DNA of 64,000 nucleotides from an uncultured archaeon (GCA_963782915.1 CAWALK010000012.1:320001-384000), one strand, 5' to 3'; shown: positions 43,021 to 57,505, numbered from the stretch's first letter. Translations and numbers: made by a program. The notes: a model not told the origin generated them from the letters alone.

Positions 43021-43429
43021 CTATTTTAGTCCATGCTTAACAAAGAATGGACCATACTTCCTGTCTGTCCCTTGAATGTGGTTACCTACCCAGTCTTTGA
43101 GAAACGTTAGAATCTCGATGGATAAGACTGCTTGACCAGCTCTCAAATTTGGTCTTGAATTCAGCGACTTTCTTCACAAATGCTTCATGCTCGCCTTTGT
43201 GGTATACATATCCAGGGTAATTCCATTGTTGCATATATTTTTCTTCAGTAGCAAAATGCACCTGTGTATATGCTACAAGCCGTGTTAGCAAAGATTGGAG
43301 AATAGTGCTCCCTTTTCCTTGAGACATAGCAAAATGCCGGTCGTTTAGGTAACTGACTAGGTTTTTGTGCTGTGTATCGATTTCTGTGACTCCGACTGAG
43401 AAGGAATCATTCCATTGCATAAGTGGCAT
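43021..43429 (-). CDS. Bacteriohemerythrin, frameshift near the C-terminus
   Basis: WNDSFSVGVTEIDTQHK, HFATEE, HKGEH. The alternative frame gives FLKDWVGNHIQGTDRKY. Confidence 0.92.
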
Positions 43430-43561
43430 ATTATCACCGACGTAAAATTGTACAAAAAAATATTAAGGCTTGTGAATGCAGTCTCCTAATCTGAACTACC
43501 CAAAATTTCTTGCATTGTATAAAGGGTTAAAAACGATTAGCCCCAATAAATGGTGGAGTTT

Positions 43562-44716
43562 ATGAAAAAGCGGTTAATAGTAATCCTCTCCGTACTGCTT
43601 CTGGCTGTTTTAGTGGCAGTATTGCTGTTTACACATGCACCTGTTGACGATGGAAAAACCAATCCGCCTGTATATGTCGGCGTCGCTTTCGGCGGAAACA
43701 CCGTAGACGAAGCCAAAGCCATGATTGACCGCACAAAAAATTATACCAACCTCTTCATTTTCCAATCAGCCCCAATAACCAAGAATCAAACCGCAACCAC
43801 TGAAGTCTGCGACTACGCCGCCGCATCAGGGCTAAGCATAATCGTTTATTTCAACGATTTTATGCCAAGCGTGCTGGCGCAGAAGGATTTGACTTGGCGC
43901 ATATCATGGGTAAATGATGCAAAAAGTGTGTATGGCGAGCGTTTTTTGGGTATTTATTACTATGATGAACGGGGCGGGATCTATCTAGACGCCAACAAAA
44001 CTGCTACAGGCTGGCATTTACCTGCAAACGCAACCTACGATACCGCCGCCAACATGTTTGAGCAGGGCTTTTTACGCGACACTGGAACCATCGCTCTGAA
44101 GAATGCGAGTGTCCCAATTTTTTGCTCCGATTATGCCCTTTACTGGTTCGATTACCGCTCAGGCTATGACACTGTGCTAGCAGAAGTGGGGTGGAACAAT
44201 ACGCTCGCCCAAGAAATCGCTCTTGTCAGGGGTGCCGCCAATTTTCAGCAAAAAGACTGGGGAGTCATAATCACATGGAAGAATACCCAACCACCATATC
44301 TCGACAGCGGTGAGGCAATTTATGAGCAAATGCGCACGTCCTATGAAAAAGGCGCAAAATACATCACAATATTCAATTTCCCCTACAACGACACCGCTTA
44401 TGGCATCATGGGCAACGAGCATTTTGATGCACTCGAACGGCTCTGGAACGATATTAAACAGGGCAAAATAACCCAAAATCCCCCAGCTGATGCACTTTTG
44501 ATCCTGCCCAAAAACTACGGTTTTGGAATGCGCACCTCAGGGGATACCATTTGGGGATTCTGGGGACCCGACGAAAATGCCCCACTTATTTGGGATCGGG
44601 TACAATTATTGCTAAATAGGTATGGTTATTCCTTGGATATAGTATACGACGACTCTTCCTATGCAATTCCTAGTAACTACGAAACAGTGTATTACTGGAA
44701 TTCTACCCTATCCTGA
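43562..44716 (+). CDS. Membrane-anchored putative glycoside-hydrolase-like (TIM barrel) protein, paralog of 57506-58719
   Basis: YDERGG, SDYALYWFDY, AEVGWN, RGAA, WGVIITW, PPYL, YGFGMR, IWGFW shared with the paralog. Confidence 0.75.
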   Translation: MKKRLIVILSVLLLAVLVAVLLFTHAPVDDGKTNPPVYVGVAFGGNTVDEAKAMIDRTKNYTNLFIFQSAPITKNQTATTEVCDYAAASGLSIIVYFNDFMPSVLAQKDLTWRISWVNDAKSVYGERFLGIYYYDERGGIYLDANKTATGWHLPANATYDTAANMFEQGFLRDTGTIALKNASVPIFCSDYALYWFDYRSGYDTVLAEVGWNNTLAQEIALVRGAANFQQKDWGVIITWKNTQPPYLDSGEAIYEQMRTSYEKGAKYITIFNFPYNDTAYGIMGNEHFDALERLWNDIKQGKITQNPPADALLILPKNYGFGMRTSGDTIWGFWGPDENAPLIWDRVQLLLNRYGYSLDIVYDDSSYAIPSNYETVYYWNSTLS

Positions 44717-44739
44717 GCAATAATTATACGGATTATTGT

Positions 44740-45637
44740 TTAATGGCGATTGTACTCTAACAATGCCTTCACAAATGTTTTGGCGCTATCCAAATTCCAC
44801 TGTTCAGGTGCATCTCCAAAGAGCATTTGTTGCCCATTTTGGCATTTGAAACCCTGAAACTCGGCTTTTTCCAGCCAATTTATGATGTTATCGAGGGTTG
44901 TTTGCCAATTAACCCCGAACCTGTCATTGGGGACATTGTATAGCAGGCATTCAACAAAATATGATGGGGCTGTATTGCTTGTTATTTTGCCCTGTTCTAT
45001 GAGCTTGTTTCTTATGTTTTTGAATACTCGAACAGTGGGATTATACCAACCGTTTGTTTGGTTCGCCAAATTTTTGATTTGTCCGTGAACGTAATGAAGC
45101 TTGGGGTAGCTGATTATCCAACGGTTTTCTCGGGGTGAAAAAAATTTTGTGCCTTGGGTGAATGATTGGTTGTTTTCGCCAAAAAAGCTCTTGTATTTTC
45201 TAAATTGTAAAGCGATTACGACATTCGCTGAGGTTTGGTCTTCTCCATTGTAGATGTTTACTGATTTATCGCAGCAGGTAAGGGTTGATGCGTCTAAAAG
45301 GCGGATTATGCTATGGATTACTTCGACCCAAAATCGGTCGTAAGCATATTTTGCGTCATTAGGGTAGGTATTATTGTATAATGTTGCTTGCTCTTGGTTT
45401 AATTGTTGGGTGTCTCCGAAAAATGATTGGTTTAACTGCACGACAATATCAACGTCGGCATTGGAACCGTTGGTGTTTGTGTCGTTTTGGTATGCGCCTT
45501 GCAGGTAGACTTCGAAGTCTTTGAATCGTAAGGTGGAGCTGGCTGCTAAAATTCGTCGGTAGGTTTCAATTGTCCTTTGGGCGGATGTGGGTTTCTCCTT
45601 GGCTAGACCAAGCGACCAGTTGTTGTTCTGTATGCAT
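44740..45637 (-). CDS. CdnE-like cGAS/DncV nucleotidyltransferase (CD-NTase), 1-nt frameshift near 45590
   Basis: MHTEQQLVAWSSQG...VYLQGAYQNDTN...ADVDIVV...ISYPKLH...G..KN...YNPTVRVFKN...APSYFVECLLYNVP...CQNGQQMLF...QW. Confidence 0.85.
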
Positions 45638-45932
45638 AGCGAGACATCAACTGACGAATAGTATTACCTAATATATATAATACGTAGGGGGCTGCAAAGG
45701 AGAACCATTGGATGAATATACTTCTGTATGGAGGAAAGCCTCTGTCCTCAACCTGACAATCTCCATCAAATTTTTTCATTGGCAGTGGGGATAAGCGTTA
45801 TTAGCGCGGGATTGCACGCTGACACACCGCAAACGTGCATTTGAAGCAAGCTATACTCAACAAACTTGTTTTTGCCCAGCGCATACTCAATGAATGACCG
45901 TTCCCTCAATGGGTTGGGTTGCACTTGTTATT

Positions 45933-45969
45933 CTAAATATAGGGGAGGGGGTAGCTGGCAGAGCACAAA
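45933..45969 (+). repeat. Dispersed TATA+G-run repeat, copy C
   Basis: CTAAATATAGGGGAGGGGGTAGCTGGCAGAGCACAAA. Confidence 0.75.
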
Positions 45970-46153
45970 TGCCATCTTTAAACGGCGTTGGTGTAGGTCT
46001 GTTGGCAAATAAGAGGAGCTCTGGCAGCAACAACTCATATAACCAAAACCAGACACCCAGTACCCAAAATTCTGACCTAAGCATGTCAACCGCATAGAGA
46101 AAATCACACAACCAACAAACGCCACTCTCACCTGTTTTCGTTGCACTATTAGC

Positions 46154-46192
46154 CTATAAATAGAGGGGGTAGGTCCAGCAAGAGCAAAAGAC
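46154..46192 (+). repeat. Dispersed TATA+G-run repeat, copy D
   Basis: CTATAAATAGAGGGGGTAGGTCCAGCAAGAGCAAAAGAC. Confidence 0.8.
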
Positions 46193-46910
46193 CTCTACTG
46201 CCCTTTGAGAGCATGCAAAAAACCCACAATCCGCAACACCAGCCGTCGCCCAGCAAAACACAACTCACCCGCGCAATCCACTGGTTATTTTTTGCGGGGG
46301 AAGCGATTATTTAGCCAAAAATACCCCTAAAAAAGCAGCGATGACATCCCAAAAAGCGTTTTTCCGTTATGCACTCCATGTACAACTAGTCTACAGGTGC
46401 AAACGCGCCCCCGCACCAAAAAGTAGCCAAAACCACTTTTTCAGCAGATTTTGCATGGGAAATCCATGGGAAACCCCAAAGTAAACACCTCTGGGCTAGG
46501 CTAAACATGCGTTTTTACTAGTCTCTGAAGCAGGCGATTGAAATACAATAAAAAAACCTGAAATGGACATAAAATATCCACCTTAAGCGGGTTCTAAGTG
46601 GAACAAAAAGTTACAGACTTGTCCTATATGGTGCGACAGGTTAATATGCGGGTTTTAAGACTTGATATTTTCCCTGTCAAACGGGGGCGACCTTCAAAGA
46701 ACTTGGGGGGCGTCGTATAGGAAGCAGTTGGTGCTCTAATAGGCGCCAACAATGGAACAAAAAAGTGAAATGAAAACACTTATATTGGTCCAATATGCTT
46801 CTTATGCAATCCCAGTAACATGGGTTACACAACAAGAAAAGATGCAGCTCCCCACCAGAACACGATGGGGGGTGAAGCGGTGAATAGGCGCTACTGGCGC
46901 TTAAAATGAC

Positions 46911-50122
<3,212 letters not shown>

Positions 50123-50263
50123 AACCGTCGTTGTTGTTTGGTTTTTGAGGAAACTTTGGAATGTTTCCTTTGTTCATTTTTGTTGAGTTATTTGTTTGGT
50201 AGTTGGTATTTGCTGTTTTGAGTGTAAGTTAGGTTTCTTTGTGGTAGACTTTCTGTTACAAGT

Positions 50264-50304
50264 GTCTTTTGCTTTAGCAGGCCTATCCCCCTCTATTTAT
50301 AGGC
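50264..50304 (-). repeat. Dispersed TATA+G-run repeat, copy E
   Basis: Reverse complement is GCCTATAAATAGAGGGGGATAGGCCTGCTAAAGCAAAAGAC. Confidence 0.8.
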
Positions 50305-50380
50305 AAAAAGGCAATGTTGAAAATGGCGAGGTCTCTGTGGGCTGATCTCCCTTCCTTGTATAGAGCAATATTGAAGCAGC

Positions 50381-50420
50381 TTTTGTTGCTCTTGCATGAC
50401 CCCCCTCCCCTTATTTAAGC
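50381..50420 (-). repeat. Dispersed TATA+G-run repeat, copy F
   Basis: Reverse complement is GCTTAAATAAGGGGAGGGGGGTCATGCAAGAGCAACAAAA. Confidence 0.8.
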
Positions 50421-50748
50421 ACCGATTTTTGGTAAGCTAATGGCACAGTAAACGCCAATCCGAACCATCTCTGGAGGAAGAATTAGATCTTTTTAGGTTT
50501 CTACATAGTCCGCTATTCTTTCTCAAAAATCTTTTTTGGCATCCCATAAGTCAGGAGTTTTAGAAATTGCGGTTCCATTGATTACATTTAATAGGCGTGC
50601 GGTTCGTTATACACTCCATTCAATACAGTAGAGGAACTCTAAAACAAAAACGGGTTTTCTAGTAGAATTAATATGGCAATACCTAACCAGCCCATCACTG
50701 CCCCAATAAAGAAAATTTATGACTTAGAAAGAACTTAACCGCAGAGTA

Positions 50749-51102
50749 TTGGAGATGCGGGAAAGCTTTGGCAACCTCCCTGATACTGACGAGTTGGTTA
50801 ATACATTAATTCAGCTTACACAAAATACAACAACAGCTAAGGTGATTCTTGATAATATTAAGCAACCCTTTTGCCTAGAATGTCTCGCAGAGTCCAAGTT
50901 ATTCATTCCAATGAAATTAATCGCAGATTATGATGAGTTTTGTTGCCCAAAATGTGGAATAGCAATCCCAAAACCTAAAAACGAATGTAGCCCAACAGAA
51001 AACCCAGAACATACAAAACTAATGGAACTATTTTATAGCACAGAGAGCAAGACGCAATCCTATACAAAAATTGAACGTCTTCTTTTGGAATACAAAAAAT
51101 AA
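50749..51102 (+). CDS. Zinc-ribbon hypothetical protein
   Basis: FCLEC...CCPKCG. Confidence 0.6.
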   Translation: MEMRESFGNLPDTDELVNTLIQLTQNTTTAKVILDNIKQPFCLECLAESKLFIPMKLIADYDEFCCPKCGIAIPKPKNECSPTENPEHTKLMELFYSTESKTQSYTKIERLLLEYKK

Positions 51103-51179
51103 ACTTTTGCTATACGAGAAAGCTTGGGTATAAAATAGGTCGCACTGATTATATTCGCTAAGAAACGGAGTAGCATAGC

Positions 51180-51443
51180 TTACGGTTGACCCATAGATAT
51201 TCCTGCTTTGAGAAGGGTCTGAACCACTTCTTTTGCGGAATTTTTAGAGAGTATAACTGTTTTAAACTCGTCAGCACCCTTAGCACTCTCCACTGGAATA
51301 GAAATAGCACTGCCAACTTTACTTCCATCTAAAGTACACAATTCAAAGTAAAGATATTTGCTCGATTGGTTGGTTTCGACTTTTTTACAAGCATCAATTT
51401 GGAGAATTACCCAATCAGGAACTGATGACAGATGTTTCACCAA
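51180..51443 (-). CDS. Hypothetical protein
   Basis: 87 aa ORF with protein-like composition. Confidence 0.5.
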   Translation of the reverse strand: MVKHLSSVPDWVILQIDACKKVETNQSSKYLYFELCTLDGSKVGSAISIPVESAKGADEFKTVILSKNSAKEVVQTLLKAGISMGQP

Positions 51444-51580
51444 TTAACGGTTTATGTCCATTAAGGACTTAAATGCTTTATCAAACAGCTATTGTCCACA
51501 ACAACAGTAACTATCATGAGTTTTGTTCCACGCAAGAAGCCTCTAAAGGTTAATAAAACAAAAACCCGTAAAGCCCCAAT

Positions 51581-52370
51581 ATGCTTGACTCTCTGCTGCT
51601 CATCCGCCTCCTGCTCGCATTTGCAGTGGGCAGCATCTGGGTTGCAGCCATCACAGTCATCACCGAACGCAAAGGCACCACATGGGGCATTCTGGGCGGC
51701 TTGCCTTCCACGGCAGCTTTTTCGCTTGTTTTTCATTGGAATAAACCAGTCAGCAGCTGCAGCGGTTGATGCAACAGTGGTTTTGCCTTTGATTTTCTCG
51801 GTTAGCAATGCGTTTTTGCTTTTGTATGCTGTGTCGGCGCGGAAGGGGTTTGTGTTTGGGCTTTGTGTTTCTTTGCTGGTTTGGTTTGCGGTTTCTGCAG
51901 TGATTGTTTGGATTGGGTTTAGCGATTATGCGGTTTCATTAGTTGTGGGTGCAGTGATATCGGTTCTCACTTTTCTGGCATTTAGACGGCTTAAACTGCC
52001 TCGCTTCGAAGGCCAAGGCAAACTGTATGGCAAAAAAGAAATCCTCATCCGAGGCACGATCGCAGGCACTTTAGTCGCAACCTCAGTGTTGCTCAGCCAA
52101 ATCGGCGGACCAATCCTCGGAGGCATCGCAGCAGCATTCCCCGCCGTCTACACCTCAACCATAATAATCCTAAAACACAGCAAAGGCACCGAATATTCCC
52201 GTTCAATGACTAAACCCCTTGCCATCTCAGGCATCCTAACAGTCATAGCCTACAGCATAGCCGTGCATTTTCTGTACCCAACAGTGGGTGTATACTTGGG
52301 GACTCTGCTTGCTTATGTGGCTGTTACTCCTCTGGCAATCTTGTCCTATTATGCTGTAAAACATAGCTAA
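51581..52370 (+). CDS. DUF3147-like duplicated membrane protein, frameshift near 51715
   Basis: Two repeats: GTTWGILGGLPST and GPILGGIAAAFPAV. Confidence 0.75.
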
Positions 52371-52382
52371 CATAGAAAACAA

Positions 52383-52424
52383 GTTTGTTGCTCTCAGAGT
52401 ACCTCCCCTCCCTTATTTATAGGC
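52383..52424 (-). repeat. Dispersed TATA+G-run repeat, copy G
   Basis: Reverse complement is GCCTATAAATAAGGGAGGGGAGGTACTCTGAGAGCAACAAAC. Confidence 0.85.
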
Positions 52425-52776
52425 TGCACGTTTGAAGAGTACCGCAATTTGATCCGTTTGCGTTCATTGGGTTACGCTTGTTTGGCTGGGCGTTTGTTGG
52501 GTTTGGCTTGTTTTTTGTGTGCCTTTGCCGACGCTTTTTTACGGCTTAACAGTTTAGACTCTCTTTGGATTCCCTGTGTATTTTGGATATTGAGCCCAGG
52601 AATATGTCTGCAAAATAAGCGGTATAAGTTTGGAACCGCACGACCTCTTGGCTTTCTCCATAAGGTGAATGTGAAATGTTATTTTCTAAAAACTGCCGAT
52701 AACGCATCCCCTCTTGGGATAAAAGATTTTTACGTTAATTTCTTAAGCCTGAACTGCCGTTCATTCAATGATTACA

Positions 52777-55393
52777 ATGCCCCAACAACAGCCAGATTAC
52801 CAGCAACTATACAACTCCATGCTTACAGCCTTCGACGCCGTTAACCTCAACTATTTTGTAATGGAGATAGTTTGTGGTGAAAACGGACAGGCTGTTGATG
52901 GCATATATCGAGAGGTAACTCTGGGCACTGAACGATTACTTGGCAAAAGCAGGGAACAGTTGCTTGGAAAAAGCCGCAGACAACTGTTCGGGAATGTTTC
53001 TGACGAGTTTCTAATCAAGTTTAATACTGTTCTAAAAACGGGCCAGCCAGTTCGTTTTCAAGGTTCTGGTGCACTCCAGAAGTATTATGATGTTTACGCT
53101 TGGAAAGTCGCCGACAAACAAGTAGCGGCTATCATAGTAGACCTTACTGAGCACAAGAAAGTTGAAGAAGCCCAAAGATTAAGCGAGGAACGCTTCTCAA
53201 AAACCTTTAACGAGAGCCCAGTCGCAATTTCTATTTCTCGCATGTCTGATGGGCTACTTACCGATGTAAATGAAGCATACCTCCAGATTTTCGGTTTTAG
53301 CCGCCAAGAAATAATTGGACACACTTCAACTGAATTAGGAATATTTACTGAATCCAACGAGAGAGAAGAACTTGTACGTATTCTAAGAGAGAAAGGAAAA
53401 GTTCACTATTTAGAGGTGCCATTTAAAACAAAGACTGGAAAAATCATCGACACGATAACGTCCATTGATACCATTCATGTTGGTAACGAGGACTTTATGA
53501 TTTCAACTATTCTGGACATTACTGAGCACAAGAAAGCTGAAGAAGCAGTAACAAAGGCAAAGGAACAATATGACTTATTGTTTAACTCTGTCACAGAGGG
53601 CTTTGCACATTATAAGGCGGTCTGTGACGAGAACGGAAAGCTGAACGATATCTTGGTTTTGGATATTAATCCCGCGGGTGCCCTACAATCAGGAGTTAGC
53701 CGTGAGAGACAAATAGGTAAGACTTGGCGTCAGGTATGGACAGGTATACCTGATTCAGTTTTCGACATTTATAACTACATCAAGCAAACAAGGGCACCAT
53801 ACAAATTCGAACACTTCAGTCCGATTACAAATAGATGGTATATGATCAACGTAACTTTGATTGCGGAAGAGCAGATTTGCAGTGACATTTTTTGATATTA
53901 CAGAGCGTAAGAAAGCTGAAGAAGGACTCCATAAAAGTGAGGAAAAATATAGGCTTTTGGTCGAAAGCTCTAACAGCATAATAATGACAGCTGATAAGGA
54001 CTTAAATATCACATACATGAATGATTTTGGGCTATCATTTTTCGGGTACACTTCTGATGAGCTCTTAGGTAAAAAAGCAATTGGAACCACAATCCCCCTC
54101 AACTCTTCAGAAATGGCGAAAGACATCGTCCGAAATCCCCAAAAGTACAGCACGAATACCCACCAGAATATGAAGAAGGACGGAACGCTTGTCTGGGTTT
54201 CATGGACAAACCGGGTTTTATATGACCCAGAAGGAAATTTTCTAGAGATTTTAGCCATAGGCAATGACATAAGTAATCTAAAAAAAGCCGAGGAAAAGCT
54301 GCTTGAAACCCAGATTTGGGAAACAACCTCGCGATATACCAGAAACCTAATTGAAGCAAGTCTTGATCCCCTAGTCACTATCAATCTCGAGGGCAAAATT
54401 ACAGATGTCAACAAAGCAACCGAAGAAGCCACAGGATGTTCTAGAGAGGAACTGATTGGCAGCGATTTCTCAAATTACTTCACCGAACCCGAAAAGGCAA
54501 GGAGTGGGTACCAAAAAGTTTTCGCAAACGGTCTTGTTAAAGATTACCCTTTAACCATCCGTCACAAATCTGGAAAAGTAACATACGTACTCTACAACGC
54601 TTCAATCTATAAGGATGAGAACGGTGCAGTCAAAGGCGTTTTTGCAGCGGCCAGAGACATAACCAAACGCAAGCAAGCTGAGGAAAAGGAACAAGAAAGT
54701 GCAAGAAAACTAAAAGATTCTGAACGATTAGCGGCCATCGGTACAACAGCTGGCATGGTTGGGCATGACATTCGTAACCCACTGCAGGCTATAACTGGCG
54801 ATTTGTATTTGGCTAAAACAGAATTAGCCGAAACTCCCGAAACCCCCGAAAAGAAACATACCTTGGAGAGTATGGAGGAAATTGAGAAAAACGTTGATTA
54901 CATTAACAAGATTGTGCAGGACCTGCAAGACTACGCTAGACCTCTTAATCCTAAAGCGGAAGAAACCGACTTGAACTTAATCTTCGAAAGACTATTTGTA
55001 AAGAATCGGCCCGTAGATATTAAAGTAGAAATTGAAGTGGCTCAGGATGCAAGGAAAATCGCGACCGATTCATACTACTTGAACCGTATCTTGTACAATT
55101 TGGTTAATAATTCCATTCAAGCTATGCCTAATGGCGGCAAACTAACTATACAAGCCTACAGAGAAGCAAACGATACAGTCATAACCGTCAAGGACACTGG
55201 CGTTGGCATTCCAAAGGACATTCAAGGCAAAATGTTTACGCCTATGTTTACTACGAAATCTAAGGGGCAGGGTTTTGGGTTGCCTGTGGTTAAGCGTATG
55301 ACTGAATCTTTGGGGGGCACGGTATGTTTTGAGAGTGAGGCGGGTAAAGGTACAGTGTTTACTGTTCGTTTGCCTTCTCAAAAAATATCGTAG
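52777..55393 (+). CDS. Multi-PAS sensor histidine kinase, frameshift near 53865
   Basis: About 5 PAS/PAC repeats (DITEHKKAEE), H-box GHDIRNPL, N-box NLVNNSIQA, DTGVGI, FTTKSKGQGFGL. Confidence 0.95.
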
Positions 55394-55484
55394 AAAGTTA
55401 CCTCTTTATTCTATCAAACAAGGTCCGAGGATAGACGGAAAAATTTTTCTGCACTCAAAGCTGATTACACCTTGAGGATTGCTG

Positions 55485-56403
55485 TTGACAAAGTTTCTCG
55501 TAGGTGCAGGCGGTTGGGCTTACTTCCAAGTTCCCAACAAGCCACCGCTAAAAGCCTACTCTGAAGTCTTCAATTTTGTGGAGGTTAACAGCACCTTCTA
55601 TGAATACCCAAACCAGCGCACAGTTGAGGGCTGGAGGCGGACGTGTGCCTGCTGACTTTACTTTTTCTGTCCGATGCCATCAGGACCTCACCCACCGCAT
55701 TGGGCTTAAGCCAGTGGATGAAGCTTACGAAGTCTTCTACAAGATGAAAGCTTACTGCGATGCTTTGGACGGCTCCGTTTTTGGTGCTGGAGACGCCTGC
55801 TAGCCAAGTCCTCGACGCCAAAGGCATTGCGGAGGCTCATGATTTCTTCTCCTCAATATCAGTAGGCGGTTTGAGGCTGGTTTGGGAATACCGCGCACCC
55901 TTCACACCCGAAATCGGCAGCCTCATGCAGGATTTTGGCATAATACAAAGCGTTGACCTATCCATACAGAAACCAAGCGTAGACGTCAGATGTGGTTTAT
56001 TCACGCGTTTTCGGCAAAGGCAAACACAACCTCTACCAATTCACCGACGAAGAACTCATCGAAATAGAACAAAACGCCCAAAACCCCAGCGGTAAAGATG
56101 GTTGCGGTTTCTTTTCACGGCGCAAGAATGTACAACGACGCCGCCCGATCCCAAGTACATATGCGTACAGGCAAATTCCTGCCAGTAACCAACTATTTTG
56201 GCGTCGACTCCGCAAAAGCGGTACTAGCCGAAGATGCCAGATTCCCCACAAACAAAGCCCAACTCGTAGCTGACCAAGGCTGGAAAGTCATCGATTTAAC
56301 CCAAGACAAACGTGTACACCTAGCCGACGTGCTGGGGAAGCTTCCAGAAAAGACTTATCGCAGCATCAACGATGTGGCTGTTGAGTTGAAGGCGGTACTA
56401 TGA
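55485..56403 (+). CDS. Divergent DUF72 protein with a C-terminal small helical (DUF2795-like) domain, frameshifted
   Basis: VGAGGWAY...YSEVFNFVEVNSTFY...FTFSV, and C-terminus RFPTNKAQLV...LADVLGKLPEKTYRSINDV. Confidence 0.75.
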
Positions 56404-57226
56404 GTGCGGCAACATTTTTTTGGGGACTTCAGGCTGGAGCTACAAGGAATGGGAAGGCAACTTTTACCAAAAAGGCACCGGACAAAGCAAGCTCCGAGCA
56501 TACTCAAGAGTATTCAAAACCGCCGAGATCGACTCAACCTTCTATCGCAACCCATCTAAGGGAACGGTTATGGGGTGGCTCAAATATTCCCCCAGCGACT
56601 TCATTTTTACAGCTAAACTGCCAAAAACGATAACCCATGACAAAGCACTGGGGCTAAAGAAAGACGTTAAGGCTGATTTGGAGGTGTTTTTGGATTTGAT
56701 GAGGCCTCTGCAATTGGGAGGAAAACTCGGTTGCCTACTCATCCAGTTGCCCCCAAAATACTCATACAACCCACAAAACTTAGAAGCCTTCTTTGAGTTG
56801 CTTGACCCCGTTTTCCGTTATGCAGTAGAATTTCGTAACTTATCCTGGCTGGTGCCCCAAACCCAAACATTTGAACTCCTCAAAAAGTACAGTGTCGCCT
56901 ACACAGTAGTAGATGAACCCTTGCTACCACCCGAAGTTCACTTAACCGCTGATTTTGCCTATTTCCGCTGGCACGGACACGGCAAAAACATCTGGTTTGA
57001 CTACCGCTACAGCAAAGAACAACTCGACGAGTGGGCACCCAAAGTGCAGAAGACCGCGGGTAAAGTCAAAAAAATCTATGGTTACTTCAACAATCACTAC
57101 CACGGTTATGCGCCGGAGAATTGTTTGCAGTTGCTGGGGCGGCTGGGGTTGCTGTCCGGGGAGCAGGTGAAGGCCAAGGATAAATGCAGGGTTAAGCAGG
57201 CGCAGCTTGGCGCATTCTTCGGCTAA
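56400..57226 (+). CDS. DUF72 (YecE) family protein
   Basis: GTSGWSY, EIDSTFY, AKLPKTITH, LIQLPP, VEFRN, YFRWHG, YFNNH. Confidence 0.93.
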
Positions 57227-57292
57227 TTCTAATATGTAAAATTAGTCGTCGCAGCAGTAACACACACAGCATTATCCATCTAAAACGCCAAT

Positions 57293-57472
57293 AAGGGTAA
57301 CAGGCAAAGAGCGGCGAAGTGAGCTCCTAAACCTTCATCTGTGGTGCCATAACACAGTGTTTGGGATTTCTCCTTTCTCCTTGGAGCCACAGCCCTCTTT
57401 CCCCCACATCCTCCCATCCAAATGCAGGCGCTAAGCTCTTGAGAACCTATTTCTATCGCCACCGTCACCCTT
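57293..57472. ncRNA. Candidate ~180-nt structured ncRNA
   Basis: Nested long-range helices on the minus strand: AAGGGTGACGG/CCTGTTACCCTT, TGGCGA/TCGCCG, GAGCTT/GAGCTC, CCTGCATTTG/CAGATGAAGG. GC-rich intergenic island. Confidence 0.55.
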
Positions 57473-57505
57473 GTTAGTGGAGTACTTTCTTTTCGGAGGT
57501 TTTTT

